The position numbers and the translations under genes were made by a program. A stretch of DNA of 64,000 bases from the human T2T-CHM13v2.0 reference genome, Homo sapiens: assembly GCF_009914755.1 (NCBI RefSeq), contig NC_060925.1. The stretch is one strand, 5' to 3'. Shown piece after piece: positions 12,673-31,679 of the stretch; the stretch's first letter is position 1, and every line of letters starts with the position of its first letter. The notes below the pieces were generated by a model. It ran no database searches. It was not told the DNA's origin and was given only the letters and a program-made list of their open reading frames with translations.

Positions 12673-13085
12673 TCTCACAGTTGGGGTCTCAAGAAGCAGA
12701 CACCAAGATTAATTTTGGAATACAAAGTGTTTAGTAGTAATGAGCACCTGTGCAAGGAAGAGGAAGGAAGCAGGATTGAGCAGAAGGAGAAGTTGAACCT
12801 TGAAGCAAGCTTAACCAAGGCTTAGCTAACACAGCAAGGGACTCCAGTGCTAACTGCCCAACGGTGAAGTTTTCCTCAGGCTAAAATGGTTAGGCCTTCA
12901 TGCCGCTGACTTGCTCAATACCAGTGGGTGCAGGTGCGTGATTCCAGGAAAAGCATTTTTCTGTAGCTCAAGCTGACCCTGGAGGAGCTGACAGCTGTGA
13001 TGCCTGCTGACCACACTCCTGGCAACGGGACAAGCCCATGCAGAAGTCCGTATCTATCACAATGGGTGGGCACATGAATCAGATA
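12673..13085 (-). mobile_element. LTR16-like ERVL solo LTR
   Basis: 'ggtctcaagaagcagacacc…ggagctgacagctg…ccacactcc' matches reverse LTR16 as recalled. Confidence 0.6.
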
Positions 13086-14006
13086 CAGGGGCATAGGGAG
13101 GACTTCTAGGGGTAGATGACATTGAATCCTGAAGGAGTGGGGGAAAGGCATTCAAAGCTGAGAGGTAAAACCAGGATAAGAGTAGGTATTTGAATGGAGA
13201 GGGGAAAAAAGATAAGAAGCAAATAAAGGGATAGCCACAATACTTCTCTACCTTTCTGAACTCCTGCGCTTTCTCTTGTCATCATAATCCTGGAAAGATG
13301 AAAGCCTTGCCTTTCACATTGCTGTCCCCTCTTCATTAAGCTCACTTCCATGAGGGTCTCCTAAGTGCTCCCTCAGGACTTTTTGTCCTGCACAGCCCAG
13401 ACTCCATATAGGATGGGTCTGGAAAAATTCAGCAAGCTGGGCAGACGGCGAGGAGCACAGTTTTCAGAAAGGCCCTTTCTGGGTGGACAGGTGCCAGGAA
13501 ATAGGGCATCTAAAAATTCTAGAGGAGGTTCAGTCTGCTGAGTGGAACTATGAGACTCTGAGAGACTATGGTGACAGTAGGTCATAGTCTAGAAAAAAGA
13601 ATGTTACAGGTTCTGGCACTTAGCTGAGACTTAATAATTATTTGTTGATGAATTGATGTCCATTTGCGAATTCTTTGACAAGGAAGGGATGGCACTGACA
13701 AGTGGATAAGCCTAGAGATTCACAGCATCAGGAGATACTAGGATGCCTAGGTCAGCGATCAGCACCAAATAGGACTCTCTGCAAATAACTGAATCCCTGT
13801 CAATATTTGAGTTCAGGCTCCTGGGGTTCAAGACAGTGACCACATCTAGGAATCAAGAAGAAGCACGATCATAACTGTGGTGCCAGGGGTCAGAATAGGA
13901 GCAAGTCACTCATTTGTTACACCATACATCCTGCCTGCATTTATTCAGCCATCCAGACACCCATCCCTTCATCTGTACTTGAAATCTTTACATGGAAGAT
14001 AACACT

Positions 14007-14368
14007 TGCTATGGCCTGAATTTTGTGTCCCCTGAAAATTTATATGCTGAATCTTAATCACCAAGGTGATGGTATTAGAAGGTGAGGCTTTTGGGAGAAG
14101 ATTAGGTCATAAGGATGGAGTCTTCATGGATAGGATTAGTGCTTTTGTAAAAGAGGCCCAGGAGAGAGTCTTGCCCCTTTTGCCATGTGAGGACACAGCA
14201 AAAGTCAGCAGTCTTCAACCCAGAAGACAGCCTGCACTAGATACTGAATCTGCTGGCTCCTTGATCTTGGACTTCCCAGACTCTAGAACTGTGAGAAATA
14301 GATTTCTGTTGTTTAGAAGCCACCTAGTTTATGATATTTTGTTATAGCAGCCTGAACAGACTAAGATA
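14007..14368 (+). mobile_element. MLT1A/B solo LTR
   Basis: tgctatggcctgaat…ttatagcagcctgaacagactaagata. Confidence 0.88.
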
Positions 14369-14882
14369 GCATTTTACTTCCCCTTCACTCCCTTCTTTCT
14401 CCTGCCACTGATATTTTACAGAGAATAGATTATTAGTAAGACAGAATAAAGACATACAGGCTGTAACAGCACAAAAATCCATGGAAGGTTGCTGAGAAAG
14501 TTGGTCAGTGTTGACAGGAAAAATGCTGATTTGGTGTGTTGATACACCTAAAACTTTATAGATCTAACGCTGCCCCTCCAGGTTGAAGCTCAGATTCCAG
14601 GCAGAGAAAGAAGTAGAGGTAAGAAGTGGGTATAGAAAAAGAAGGGGAGATACAGAGAGGAAGAAAAGCCTCAAATGTCTGTGTGAATTGGGCTCAGAAG
14701 TGGAAGATAGTGAAATGAAAAATAAATGCTTCACACCATCGCTATGTATTACCAGATTTAAAAAGGATTTTCACTCTGATTATGATATACACCCACAAGC
14801 TCTTCTAGATCTTTTGTCCATAACTAAGACCAGCTTTTGCTGGGCACTGCAGATACTGACATGGATTAAGATGCAGTCACTG

Positions 14883-15640
<758 letters not shown>

Positions 15641-17869
15641 GATGGAACTATTGGAATTTCTTGGATGCCTCCAACAGCTTACCTCTGGGTCCTAGTTTCT
15701 GATGTCTGGCCTGAAATTCATGCAGTCTTTGGCTTCATTCTTCGCTTTGGGATCAGAGGATGGACTCATTTCCATGGTGCTGGGCCACTGGGTGGAGCCT
15801 TTATAGGTGGGGCCTTCCAGAAATGGGTGACACCCATGATGTCAGAGGGGTTGGGCATGGGGGGAATGGAATGGGGTGTAAACAGCTGCTATCACTATCC
15901 CCCCTTCTTTCTTAGTGAGAAAATACAAACCATTTCCCATGCTGCTGAGCAAGGATTCCTTTCAGTTCTGGAGAAGTTCACTCTTTTTTAAAACCCAGAT
16001 TATTTATAGAGACTGCAGAGTTGTGAAAAGACCTCAAGCTTCATGGTCAAGGGATCTAGATTTGAATCCTGGCCTGGTTATATGCTGTGAGAACTTTAGC
16101 AAGCTAGTTACTTTCTCTGAGCCTTAGTTCCCTTAGCTTTAAGATGGAGATAATAATGTCTCTCTCACAGGGCTAATAAGAGCATCAGAGAAGAAAATAT
16201 TCATAAATTTTTGGCACTACATATTAGTTCTTCCTCCAGATAATTTTCTTCTTGTGGTGTTTTTCTCTCTTATTGGACATCCAGGGCCCACTGAGTCCAG
16301 CTTTTCTACCCCAATGATAGAATTTTTAAAACATTACAAGAACATTTGAGTGTCATTGACCAAACTAAAAAAAAAGTGGCTAATTTCTTCGTTTATTTTA
16401 GTAAACTGCACTAAGTCAGGCATCATGGATTTATGAAGTTGCAAAGAACCTGATACTCAAAGTAGAAAGACCTGATCTACTATCTCTGTCTGCACCTTTG
16501 GCCAAGTCACTTTTCTGAAAAATGAAGTTCCTTCCAGTCTTGATGGTGTCCAGAACAAGCTAATAAACTATCAGATTCCAGGAAGTTCAGTTTACTGGGG
16601 GAACAGGAGGCTAAGAACCAAAGGGTGACCTCTTTATCAGCTAAGTTCTGTGAGTTTCCAAGCAGGCCTGCAGATAAGGAAGAAGAAATTCTTCCATGGG
16701 AAAAGAGTTAAAAAGTTTATGCTTCAAGAATGAATCTTAAAATATTCCAAAAATGTCAGAGAAGAAACATACCCCAGGGGACCCCCCAGGACGAGTGATA
16801 GAGGAGAACAGCTGGACTTGCCACATGCTGAGCCCTGTGCAGTCCCCAGACCGAATTTCAAAGAGCTGCTATGTATGGTGCAACACCAGGGTAGGCCTCC
16901 TCCTGTGTTGTATCTCTCCCTGCTTTCTAGGTGCAGAAGGCCTTTCCCAGGGCAAGCCTATTGACATTGTATCCAACTTCTGCTTAATACATAAGAGAGC
17001 TACCTTTGGAATCACACAGACATGGATTCAAAACCCAATTCTGCCACTTACTGTGTGACTTTGATGAGTTAGTACATCTCTCTGATCTTCCATTTATTCA
17101 ACTATCAAATGGGAATACATATTTTTTCCCTGAGATTTTTGAAAGTGAGAACTCAATGAAATAATGTTATAAATCCTTTAGCCCAGCATCTTAGGAAGAG
17201 CTCCATCAATGGCAGTGAATAATTTGGGAGAGGACAGCTGGGTGGAATGGCCTTGTGCTTCATGCATGGCTTAGGCTCTTTCTGAATCACTCTGTGTCCC
17301 AATGAATATATCTAAATTATGAAGTTAGCTTTTGTCTGCTAGACTAGAGGTCTCTAAGATGGTGGGAAGAGAGGCATCAATTTCTCCCAGCAACATAAAG
17401 GGAGAATGGGAGCTTCCAATAGGCGAAGCTGCCAAGAAAGCAGGCCTGGCTACTGAGCCTGAATATCGTGCTTCAGCTGGGCCGGTGCTGGGAAGGTAGG
17501 GTGTGAGAGGAAGCTCTATGAGATTCATTCGGCAATCATTCAACAGCTCTCTACTGTGCACCTGCTACATGTCAGCCACTGGTTCCAAAAACTTGAGATA
17601 CAATAGAGAACAAGTCATTGTCCTTGCCTGCTTAGAGCTAACTTTCTGGTGGAGGAACAAAAATTAAACAAAAATAAATAACTGGCATCTTTCAGGTAAT
17701 ACTTATTTGCATGAATCAGGCAAGTAAGTTCTCAGAATTCTGAAGGGAGACGGCAGGGCAGAAGGCCTGACAGAGACCACAGGTTGGCAGCAGCTACTAA
17801 GAAATCTGTCCCTGGGTGGGCATTGGGGCTGGCAGCAGGAGAAATTCACAGTTACTGGGGTTGGAAGTA

Positions 17870-18110
17870 CAGTTACTGATGTCAGACAGCCTGAGTGTGA
17901 GACTTTGCTCCACTAATTACAAACTGTGGGCCTTGGGCACATTACTTAACCTCTTAGAGCTTTAGTCTCTTGCTCTGTAAGAGACTAAAACACAATTTAC
18001 ATCTGTGGTTACTATGAGGATTAAATGAGATGATAGATACAAGCATTTAGTACAACATCTAGCACAGAGTAAATGCTCAATAGAGGTTGACTATTAATTA
18101 TATTGTTATT
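17870..18110 (+). mobile_element. MIR SINE
   Basis: 'ccttgggcacattacttaacctc…gaggattaaatgaga…gctcaata'. Confidence 0.85.
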
Positions 18111-18399
18111 ATCCTACTAAATAAGCATGGCCAGAACATTCAGGTTTGTCTGGACTGGGATCCTAATAAAAAGAGTGGCCAGGTGCATGGCAAGGATCCC
18201 ATGACTAGAGCAGGAGCCCAGTCCTAGATCCAGAGGTGAGTGGGAGAGGGTGGATGTGAGGGAGGAAAGAAAATGGGATTCCAGTGGTTAGTGCTAAATA
18301 TGAAAACTGGGTTCATTTGGCAGCAGAGCAAACAGGAAGAATTCACTGGCAACCTAGGGTATAGAAAGAGAGAGTGAAGATTCAAGACAAAGAGAAACT

Positions 18400-18645
18400 A
18401 GTTATAGCTCATGTTGATTGAACACTTCTTTGTGCTAATCCTTGTGTAAGTGTCTGACATGCATGATGCCATGTAATAATAAAGCAGTTCTCTGTGGTGA
18501 ATATTACTATTCCTCATTTTACAAATGAGGAAATGGACTCAAAGAGAGTGTAACTTATCTAAAGTCAACCAACAGGCAAATGGTTTTGAACCTGGATTTG
18601 AACCCAGATTTAGCTAACGTCAAAGCCCAGGTTCTCAGCCAGAAG
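18400..18645 (-). mobile_element. MIR SINE
   Basis: 'cctcattttacaaatgaggaaa…ggatttgaacccag'. Confidence 0.75.
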
Positions 18646-18925
18646 ACCATCATGTTCTTCCCCAAATCCACTTGACCTTCTTCCGTCAGGTTGGTTGTCT
18701 TCATTCAAGTGACAAACATTTACTAAGCATCTACTTTGTGGCAACTGCTTGCAATGGGCTGACCTGGATTGGAATCCTCAGTCACTCTTGTCAATATAGA
18801 GAGGAAGATGACACAATTGAAAGAGCCCTGCCTCGGGAGTCAGACAGACCTGGTGACTAGTAAGGTGACATTGGCAGTCCTTGACACTCTGTTTTCTGAA
18901 AACCTTCCTCAAAAGATATCATGCA

Positions 18926-19297
<372 letters not shown>

Positions 19298-19719
19298 TCA
19301 AATAAAGAATCTAGGCCTCTGAGTCAGAAGACCTGATTATAAGTTTCAGATAAATAATTTAGTCTGCCAGAGCTTTAGTTTCCTCCATTATAAAACCAAG
19401 GCTTAGAATTAAAAGCCCAAAGACACCCTTCAAAGATGACAGAATGACCTTGAATAAAAATCTTTGAATTTAAGTCTCACCTTTACTGCAAATCTGCTCT
19501 ATGAGTTTGGATGATTCACCCCTTACCTTCTACCCTATTCATCTTTCTTAATTTCTTTGTTAAATAGAGAGAATTGATTCTTCCAACATTCAGTAAATGC
19601 CTCAAGTTGTGACTGTTTCCTTTCCTACATCCCTTGAATCACTGGAACTGGGAGATCCATTACGTATCCTCCTTCATGCATTCTACCCATTGCCTCTGCC
19701 CTCTCTAAAAATTTCCCAG

Positions 19720-23690
<3,971 letters not shown>

Positions 23691-24193
23691 TATAATCCCT
23701 TGAAACTATAGGAACATGCTCACCACCACCATCCAAACTGCAAGTGTCTGTTCCGAGGTTATCCTGCCAATAAGCCTTCTGCTCGGCATTTTCTGTTCCC
23801 CTTACTCAGCTTCATTTTTCTCCCCAGCACTTACCTCCATGCGAAACTCGTGTTTACTATTTATCTCCTACCATTAGATTGTACACTCCAGGCTTATGGT
23901 ACCATACCACCTAGGGGAGGGCTTGGCACAAGGTAGGTCCTCAACAAACAAAGGAAACCAAATATCTGTTATGTACCTACTACATGCACCTCACTGGAAT
24001 TGCTGTGAGGATTAAAATAAATCTCACATGTGAAGGTCTACACATAGACACTCAATATAAATATATATATATGCAAATGTAAGTAAAGAGACATTTGTGC
24101 ATATACACTACAAGTAGCATTGGAATAAAGAAAAGGACTTTTCTTTGCAGAAAAAATTACTGAAATTTGAGCAACTCAGCATCAGTGAACAGA

Positions 24194-24513
24194 GGCCAGA
24201 AGAAATGGCTTGCACCTGTAATTTCAATACTTTGGGAAGGCAACACAAGAGGATTGCTTGAGGCCAGGAGTTTGAGACCTGCCTGGCAACACAGGGAGAC
24301 CCCGTCTTTACAAACAATGTAAAAATTAGCCAGGCATGGTGATGTGCACCTGTAGGCCTAGCTACTCAGAAGATTGAGGCAGGTGGATTGCTTGAGGCCC
24401 AGGAGTTTGAGGCTGCCACTGCACTCCAGCCTGGGCAATGGAGTCTGTCTCTCAAAAAATAAGACTCTGACTCTCAAAAAAATAGTAAAAAAAATAATAA
24501 AAACAAAAAATAA
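24194..24513 (+). mobile_element. AluJ SINE
   Basis: 'ggattgcttgaggccaggagtttgag' in both arms; TSD tcagcatcagtgaa(c/a)aga at 24176-24193 and 24514-24531. Confidence 0.92.
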
Positions 24514-25609
24514 TCAGCATCAGTGAAAAGAGACTGAACTTCTTGCCCAGAGATTAAGTGCAGGCCTTGACTCTCTGTAAGGTAGGAAGATTTAGGACTA
24601 GCTTTTATTTCTTCCAGCAACAGCATTTAATTGCTGACTTAACAGGGGCTCAGGCCTATAAAAGATTCACCTTGTTTCTCTGAATGTATACATTATTTAC
24701 CGTAGGGTCTATAAAATATTTACCCATTTTCTCAGCCGGCTGCACTCTGCTCAGCCTTGACTACCACACTGCTGCCTGAAGTTGATCAAATAGACGGCTG
24801 GCACCTCTCCAGAAACAGACCGAGCAAGCAACTAGAAAGGGACCATATTTTATGCATTTGTCAGAGCACATAGCAATCAAGGGTGCTGAAAGGCTTTCTG
24901 AAAGTACTGGGGAGCAGCGGGGGAGGGTGCTTAATCCTGTCCCACCTCACCCACCACCTCTACAACGGGACTGCCTCTGCCACATCCAGTACATTCATCT
25001 ATTCAGAATGCACTTACAGAGCACCTATTGTGTTCTATAGATCTTGGGCAGATGGTTAGGAATAATGAAAATCTATATCCCCTTGATGGAGGAAACAAAA
25101 ACGATGATAAATTATCAGGATGAGAAGAGCACCCAGGTATTGAGCTCTCTCTCCATGTATCTTGTGTAAAACACACGGCCTTGTGAGCCAGATTTTTGGT
25201 TGAAATTCTTTCTAACTATCACTCATGAGTGTATATCCTTGGGCAAGTTCTCCAACCTCTTTTTGGCCCAGTTTCCTCAGGATATTAATAGTCCCAATTT
25301 CAGGGGATTACTGTGGGGATTACATGGATGTAGAGCACTGAGTATATGGTGCCTGGCATGCAGAAAGCACTCAGTAGAAGTTAGAGATGAGGAGGAAGGG
25401 GAGGAAAATCCTTAGGACAGTCCCATGTGGTAGATGTATTGTGCACCCCCTTTTACAGATGAGAAACTGAGATTTAGAAAATTAAACACTTTGCCAAAAT
25501 TCACTTATATGTGGTAAAAATCAAAATTCAAGCTCACATCTGCCTAATTACAAAGACTGTACTTGTATCCACTGTTCACATACACATACACAAGAACACA
25601 TACACACAC

Positions 25610-25973
25610 TGATATGGTTTGGCTGTGTTCCCACCCAAATCTCATCTTGAACTGTAGCTCCCATAACTCCCATGTGTTGTGGGAGGGACCCGGTGGAAGA
25701 CAACTGAATCATGGGGGCAGTATCCTCCACACTGTTCTCGTGGTAGAGAATAAGTCTCATGAGATCTGATGGTTTTATAGGGAGAAAACCCTTTCGCTTG
25801 GCTCTCATTTTCTCTCTTGCCTGCTGCCATGTAACACATGCCTTTTGCCTTCTGCCATGGTTGTGAGGCCTCCCCAGCTATGTGGAACTGTGAGTCCATT
25901 AAACCTCTTTTTCTTTATAAATTATCCAGCCTTGGATATGTCTTTATCAGCAGCTTGAAAACAGACTAAGACA
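25610..25973 (+). mobile_element. THE1 (THE1C/D-like) solo LTR
   Basis: tgatatggtttggctgtg…acagactaagaca; TSD cacac on both sides. Confidence 0.93.
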
Positions 25974-28391
25974 CACACATATATGAAAATGTGGCATAGC
26001 CATCATGTGTACCATGGTTTGAGTGACACTCCCAAGCCCCAATGACATTAGATTTTCTTATTTGCCCTTACAGAAACCCTTTCAATGTCGCCATCATGAT
26101 TATAATAATTTATTAATTTGATTATTATTTGCTGATGTCTGAGTCCCTCCCTACACCATATGTGGGCAGGGACTATGTATTCCCAGTTCCTGAGTGAATG
26201 TTTTACATGTATTGTAATTTATCTTTTGCAACAATGCCCATATATAAAAAATATTTTTCTCCCATTCTTTACTAACAAAACTGAGGCTCAGATAAATGAA
26301 ATAACTCATCCAGTAACAGCTAAAAAACGGGAGAATTCAGATTTTAACCCAGACCAGTCTGATTCTGAAGCCCATGCCCTTTCCATTGGACCTCATTGTC
26401 TCCCTGAGAAAAGAACAAGCCCAGAGGCAAGGATAGAAGAACAAATTCCTATAAATTAAGGGCCACAATGTCAGACATTATGTGAGATTCTTGGTCAACA
26501 CTGTGTCTTTTACTCCTCACCACAAATTTGTTTTCAAAATAAGGTTTCTTTGCTAAAACAAGGTTCTTGCAAACTCAGGTGCAAGCTCTGCTGGAATGAG
26601 CTGGTAAAAAGCAAAAAGAGGCTGTCTCCAAGCATGAAGGACATCAGGGAAAGCAACAAGGAATCAAAGATCTTTAATATGTCTATTCTCTTCAATAATG
26701 GTGTGCAAAGAGTACAGCCAGCTCAGGTGGGGATCAGGTGAATGCCAATGTCAAAAGCCCAGTCCACGGTGAAGGAGTGTAAGGGAGATTGGGAATGAAG
26801 AAGGATGTTTTGACCCGACCACTTTGACTCTGACTCACGTCATACTTCTTCCTTGCTGTAGTAATGCTCTCTATCCTTTGCTTTAAAAAACCACAGATGC
26901 TACTTCTCAGTCTTATGTTCAATGACTTTTGGATCCTTAATGAACACTACTGGTAGAAATACTTGATGCAAAATATAATGGATGAAAATCACATATAGTA
27001 GAATGTTATTGACCACCAATTAACAAAAATATCAACTCTTCCTAAACAAGAATAGAATTTGAAACAGAATTTTATAGAATTAATGTTCACAAAAGAAAAC
27101 CTGAAGTGACAGAAGCTATACTCAGTTCATCATGTAAAAAGTACTGATTAATTCATAAAATATTTCTTTCACAATTTATAAAGAAATATTTTATTATAAT
27201 AAAATTAAAATGGGAAAAATCAGAAATGGCGAGCTGTGCTGTACAGAAATTCAATCAAAAATACAAACTGAATCAATCATATTTGCTCCAGAAAGTATTT
27301 GATTCATCAATGTGAATATAATTTTCATGGAATAATTGTCTTATGAAGTCAGAGACAATCTTGGAGCCAAAACTAAGGTCTCCAGACGTGTTATTTATCT
27401 TACCCAGGGTCTTGTACTGTGCAGGGAGCTTTGCTTATGTTATCGCTAATCCTTACAACAATACTTTGTTGTTGGTTTACAGTCTCCCAATTTGTAGATG
27501 AGTAAAGTGAAATCCAGAAAGGCTAAGTAATCTGTCTAAGGTCATACATGATTTAATACTACAGCCAGGATTATTTGTTAATCAAAACAGAATACTCTTC
27601 GCATGAAGTGATGGTCATTTGCGTCTTCCTTCCTAGAGTTCAGGACATTTTGCAAGGGGTTGGGGAAGATGTTGAGACAGGCATGGCTGTGCCTCTTTCC
27701 AGGTGGAAATGCTGAGACCCCAGGAGAGAAATGAACTATCCTAAGGTTTCAAATTTTATAAAAACCCTGAGCTTTTTCTGACCCCCAGTCCACTACCCTC
27801 TTCATTTGATGAATTGGTCTGGTCATTAGTTTTGTGGTGTTGTTTTTTTTAAAAAAAGAGCAGACATAATATAATGCCATGTTTTAAAAAGCAACCAGAG
27901 GCAGGGAGCCACCTGCTCCAAGAAGTGTAGAGTTGTATGGGATGCAATGTGATTTATTCATAGCATTCAGAGAATTTTGTCTCCCCTTTCCCCCAACCAC
28001 CTTACCTAAAGTAAAACTATAGTGCAGAAATGTCCAAAGTAATATATCCTTCCAAGAATAGTCTCTGCTCCTTGAACTTGCCATTTAGCACTCAGAGAGT
28101 AAAGGGAAGGGATGTAAATTGGCCATTTAACGTCATAATATAATGTTTTTATCTCATCACCAGTTTCTTCATGAAACAAATATCTTCTGTCTATTCAATA
28201 ACCAGCTAAACTTGGGGATTCATGAAGAAGAGCCCCAGACACATTTCAGGCCTCTGGGGGAAAGCAATTGAGTGTTTTCAACATGATATTTATTTGTTTT
28301 AAACCAAACCAGTAAATCTTACTGATTTTATTCATGTACCTGTCATGATACTTAGTGTTCTGTAATGTGGGAACAATTTTACAGGAATTCT

Positions 28392-28500
28392 TGAGTGACC
28401 AACTGCCCTTGCAGACAGGACTGAAGGGTCTTCTAGCACGTTGCGCTTTCAGTTTTAAAACTGGGACAGTCTTTGGCAAACTGAAATGGTTGGTCACTGT
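28392..28500. mobile_element. MER94-like hAT-Blackjack MITE
   Basis: Terminal inverted repeats agtgaccaac…gttggtcact; internal 'ctttcagttttaaaactgggacagtc'. Confidence 0.7.
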
Positions 28501-29597
28501 CCTTGTTCACCTTGTATTACTAGCACCCAGGCCAGTACCTGCTATTCCCACTAGATTTCTCAGTGCCTTGATTTCCTTTTCTATGGAATGGGAACAAAAG
28601 GGACTTGTACTTGTCCTGTCTCATTCACAGGGCTACTATGCTGTATAGTAAAGCTGAGGAAGGATTGTTGTTGTTGTTGTTGTTGTTATTTTTTAATGTC
28701 TTCCAGTAAAGTCAAAGAGAATTTAAATAATCTCCAAAAACTACAGTTCAGATTGTTCAGTTTTTGATTACTAGAACCACACTGTATTGTAATGCAGCAT
28801 ACAGCACAATGCCTAGCAGAAAGAAGATGCTCAAAAACACAGATGAATAAAAATAAATAAATAAGAATAAAAGAATAAGTAAATGGATAGTTAGGTTAGC
28901 AACTATATGAATGAGTGTAGAGTGATTAACTAATTCTGTAGAATTATTTTCAGAGCCAGAAGTTTATTTAATCCAACCACTACATTTTTCAGAGCGCACA
29001 GTCAAATAACAAATTCTTGGCAGGGTCAAAATTAAAATTTGGTCATCTCAATATATTAAAATATGGAAACATCTCAGCTAATTTTCCTCATTTTCCCCAT
29101 TGAATCTTTTTCCCAGCACAAGAAACTTCAAGTCAGCCAGTAGCTTACAGCTCTTCTTCCAACAGAAGCTTGAAGGCCTCTCTAACAGTAAAGCCTTTTG
29201 GTTTGAGTCTCCCTATATGCCAGGCCTGCTCTCACCCAGTTATTGGATCTTGAACCAGCTTCAAAGAAATAGCTGAGGAACTAGAGGAGATCACCTAGCA
29301 GCCTGAGTCATTGACAGACATAACCATCAGCATCAGGAAATTGCAAGTGTGTTTTGCCAGAAGGCTGCAGCAGCTAGAACTCTCAAACTGAAGTTTTTTC
29401 TCCCACCCTGCCTTTCTTAAATTCAGTCTCTTTCTATGCCCCTATCGAACTATCCTCTTGTCTCCATGATTCTTTGGTTTCTGTCATAGCTGAGATTCCA
29501 TCGACTATGAGCAACTTGCAGACAGGGACCTACTACTCTGTTCATCTCTATATCCTAGCAACTTAGCAACGTGCTGGTAGAAAGTAGGAATACAATG

Positions 29598-29780
29598 AGA
29601 GAAAGAAGAAAGAAAGCAAAAAAGAAAGAAAGAAAGGAAGGAAGGAACAAAGAAAGAGGAAGAGAGAGAGAAAGAAAGAGAGAAAGAAAAAAAGAAAGAA
29701 AGAAGAAAGAAAGAAAGGGAGGAAGGAAGAGGGGAAGGGAAGGGAAAGGAAAGGGAGGGGAGGGGAGGGGACGGGAGGAG
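29598..29780 (+). repeat. Purine-rich (GAAA/GGAA/GGGGA) low-complexity tract
   Basis: Seen directly. Confidence 0.95.
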
Positions 29781-31679
29781 AATTTTATGCCTCAAAGTTC
29801 CAAAAGACACAAGAGTCACAGCATCTGTGCCTAGCCCAAAGTATAATTTCAACAAATGTTGAATAAATGTGAAATAATGAATAAATGATTGATATAAATA
29901 AGTATCATTAATTGATTACTGATTATGTACCAGACACCAGCTAGGAACATTGTACATGTTCTTATTTAACCATTTCAACAACCCTGCTCTATCTTTTTCT
30001 CCCTAGTGCTTAGTACTATCTAACATACCAATATTTCACTTATTTACTTTATTTACTATTGATCTGTCCCTCAAGAATTTAACCTCCATGAGGGCCAAAA
30101 TCTTTGTTTTGATGCTACCCCTGTCTACAAGAGTACCAGGAACCAAGTAGATATTCAGTAAATTTTTGTGGAATTAATATTATTATACACTCCTTGCAAA
30201 ACAACAACAATAACAACAACAACAACAAACCTGAATTTAGAGTTGCTTAAAAACAAAAAATCCCTGCTGTTGTGTCAGGCACTCCAGAGATTTCCATACT
30301 TTTGCTGAAAACTGGTGACTACATTGCAAGAGAGGTATTATCATTATTCTAGTACGGTGGACACTGAGACACAGGAAGAGGAGGTCACCAGCTTGAAGTC
30401 AGACAGCAGCTCATTTGATAAAGACTGAATCACCATTCAAGCCATGGGGAACGTGGCTAAGAAGCCCTTGCTCTCCCTATGACCTCAATCCACCTTGCAA
30501 TGAAAAATGCTGAATCAGAATATTCATGTAGAAGGTGTTGTCAGCCACCTGAAAAAACAGGAAGAACCCATCACAACCCAAGTCAACTCAGCAAGACCTC
30601 ATTGAGCAAAGAGCATCCCTTTCACATTAACAGTGCAATACATGCTGAATGCAGGAGATTAAAACAAAGTTATTAGGCGGAGAAAGACATGCCAATGACT
30701 TGAGCACTTAATGAGATGCCCATCGTATCTAGAAGTAAGCAGTTTCCCAGAGGATTATTTGATGTGAAAGGAATAGTAAGGAGCTCCTTAGTGGCACACA
30801 GACACATCCTCTCATGTACACACCTGCTCAGGGCTCAGCAAAAGACAGTGCGTAAATGTCTGGAATATTACATAAAAGCTGTCTGCCCAACCAGTCAAAG
30901 CTATTAAAATCCATCTCGCTGAAATGAACCCTGAGAGCAGGTCAAACAAATCTAATTTTTATTGTTCCTTAAGGACATGGCTGTGTTGGAGACAAAGGAG
31001 AGAGGCAGGAGGCCAGTTAGAAAGAAAAAAAAAAACCCTAAGAGGCCTTAAAAAATTAAATGTTCAAAAGAGCTGTGGCAGGCAAGATAAATGATATATT
31101 ACACTGCTGGTTTAAACCTAATTGATGACTAATGTTGTAATGCATCTGAACCTACACTGATCTATTATCCGTCTGGTCCAGGCTGAAGGGACACTGCAAG
31201 GAGAAAAATTGCTAACCATTTTAACCTGATGGAACTTTAAAAAAATAACCGGTCCAGTTACTTTAAAAGATAAATGACTGGGTGGTGACCTTTTAATGTA
31301 TATCAGGGTCTTGCAATGCAAAATCAAATGTTAATTAAATAGAATCCAGTGCTGGGACAATGCAGAAAAAGTGTGTTTTAGAGCTCAAGAGGCCATGGGG
31401 AATTGTGTTGTTGGGTTCTTACAAAATTTTTCAAAGAAACTACCAATAGAGAAGAAATAATGATAGATCACATAGCAATCATTGAAAAAGCAAATATACA
31501 CACAAACACCATTTGGATAACACCTGCATATAGGTTACATAAAATAGCATGTTGACACAGCTAAATTACAGTCATTGAAAGGGCAGGGCGACCAATAGAG
31601 TTGCTTAAATTCACTGGGATAGGTCAAAAAGGCTTTATTTTCCTGATCTGCCATAGCTTCCACACAATTTTCAGAAGGA

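Noticed and set aside
26831-26842. Isolated AP-1 heptamers (also 19320, 29304, 32311)
   Set aside because: About 8 are expected by chance in 64 kb; no supporting cluster.
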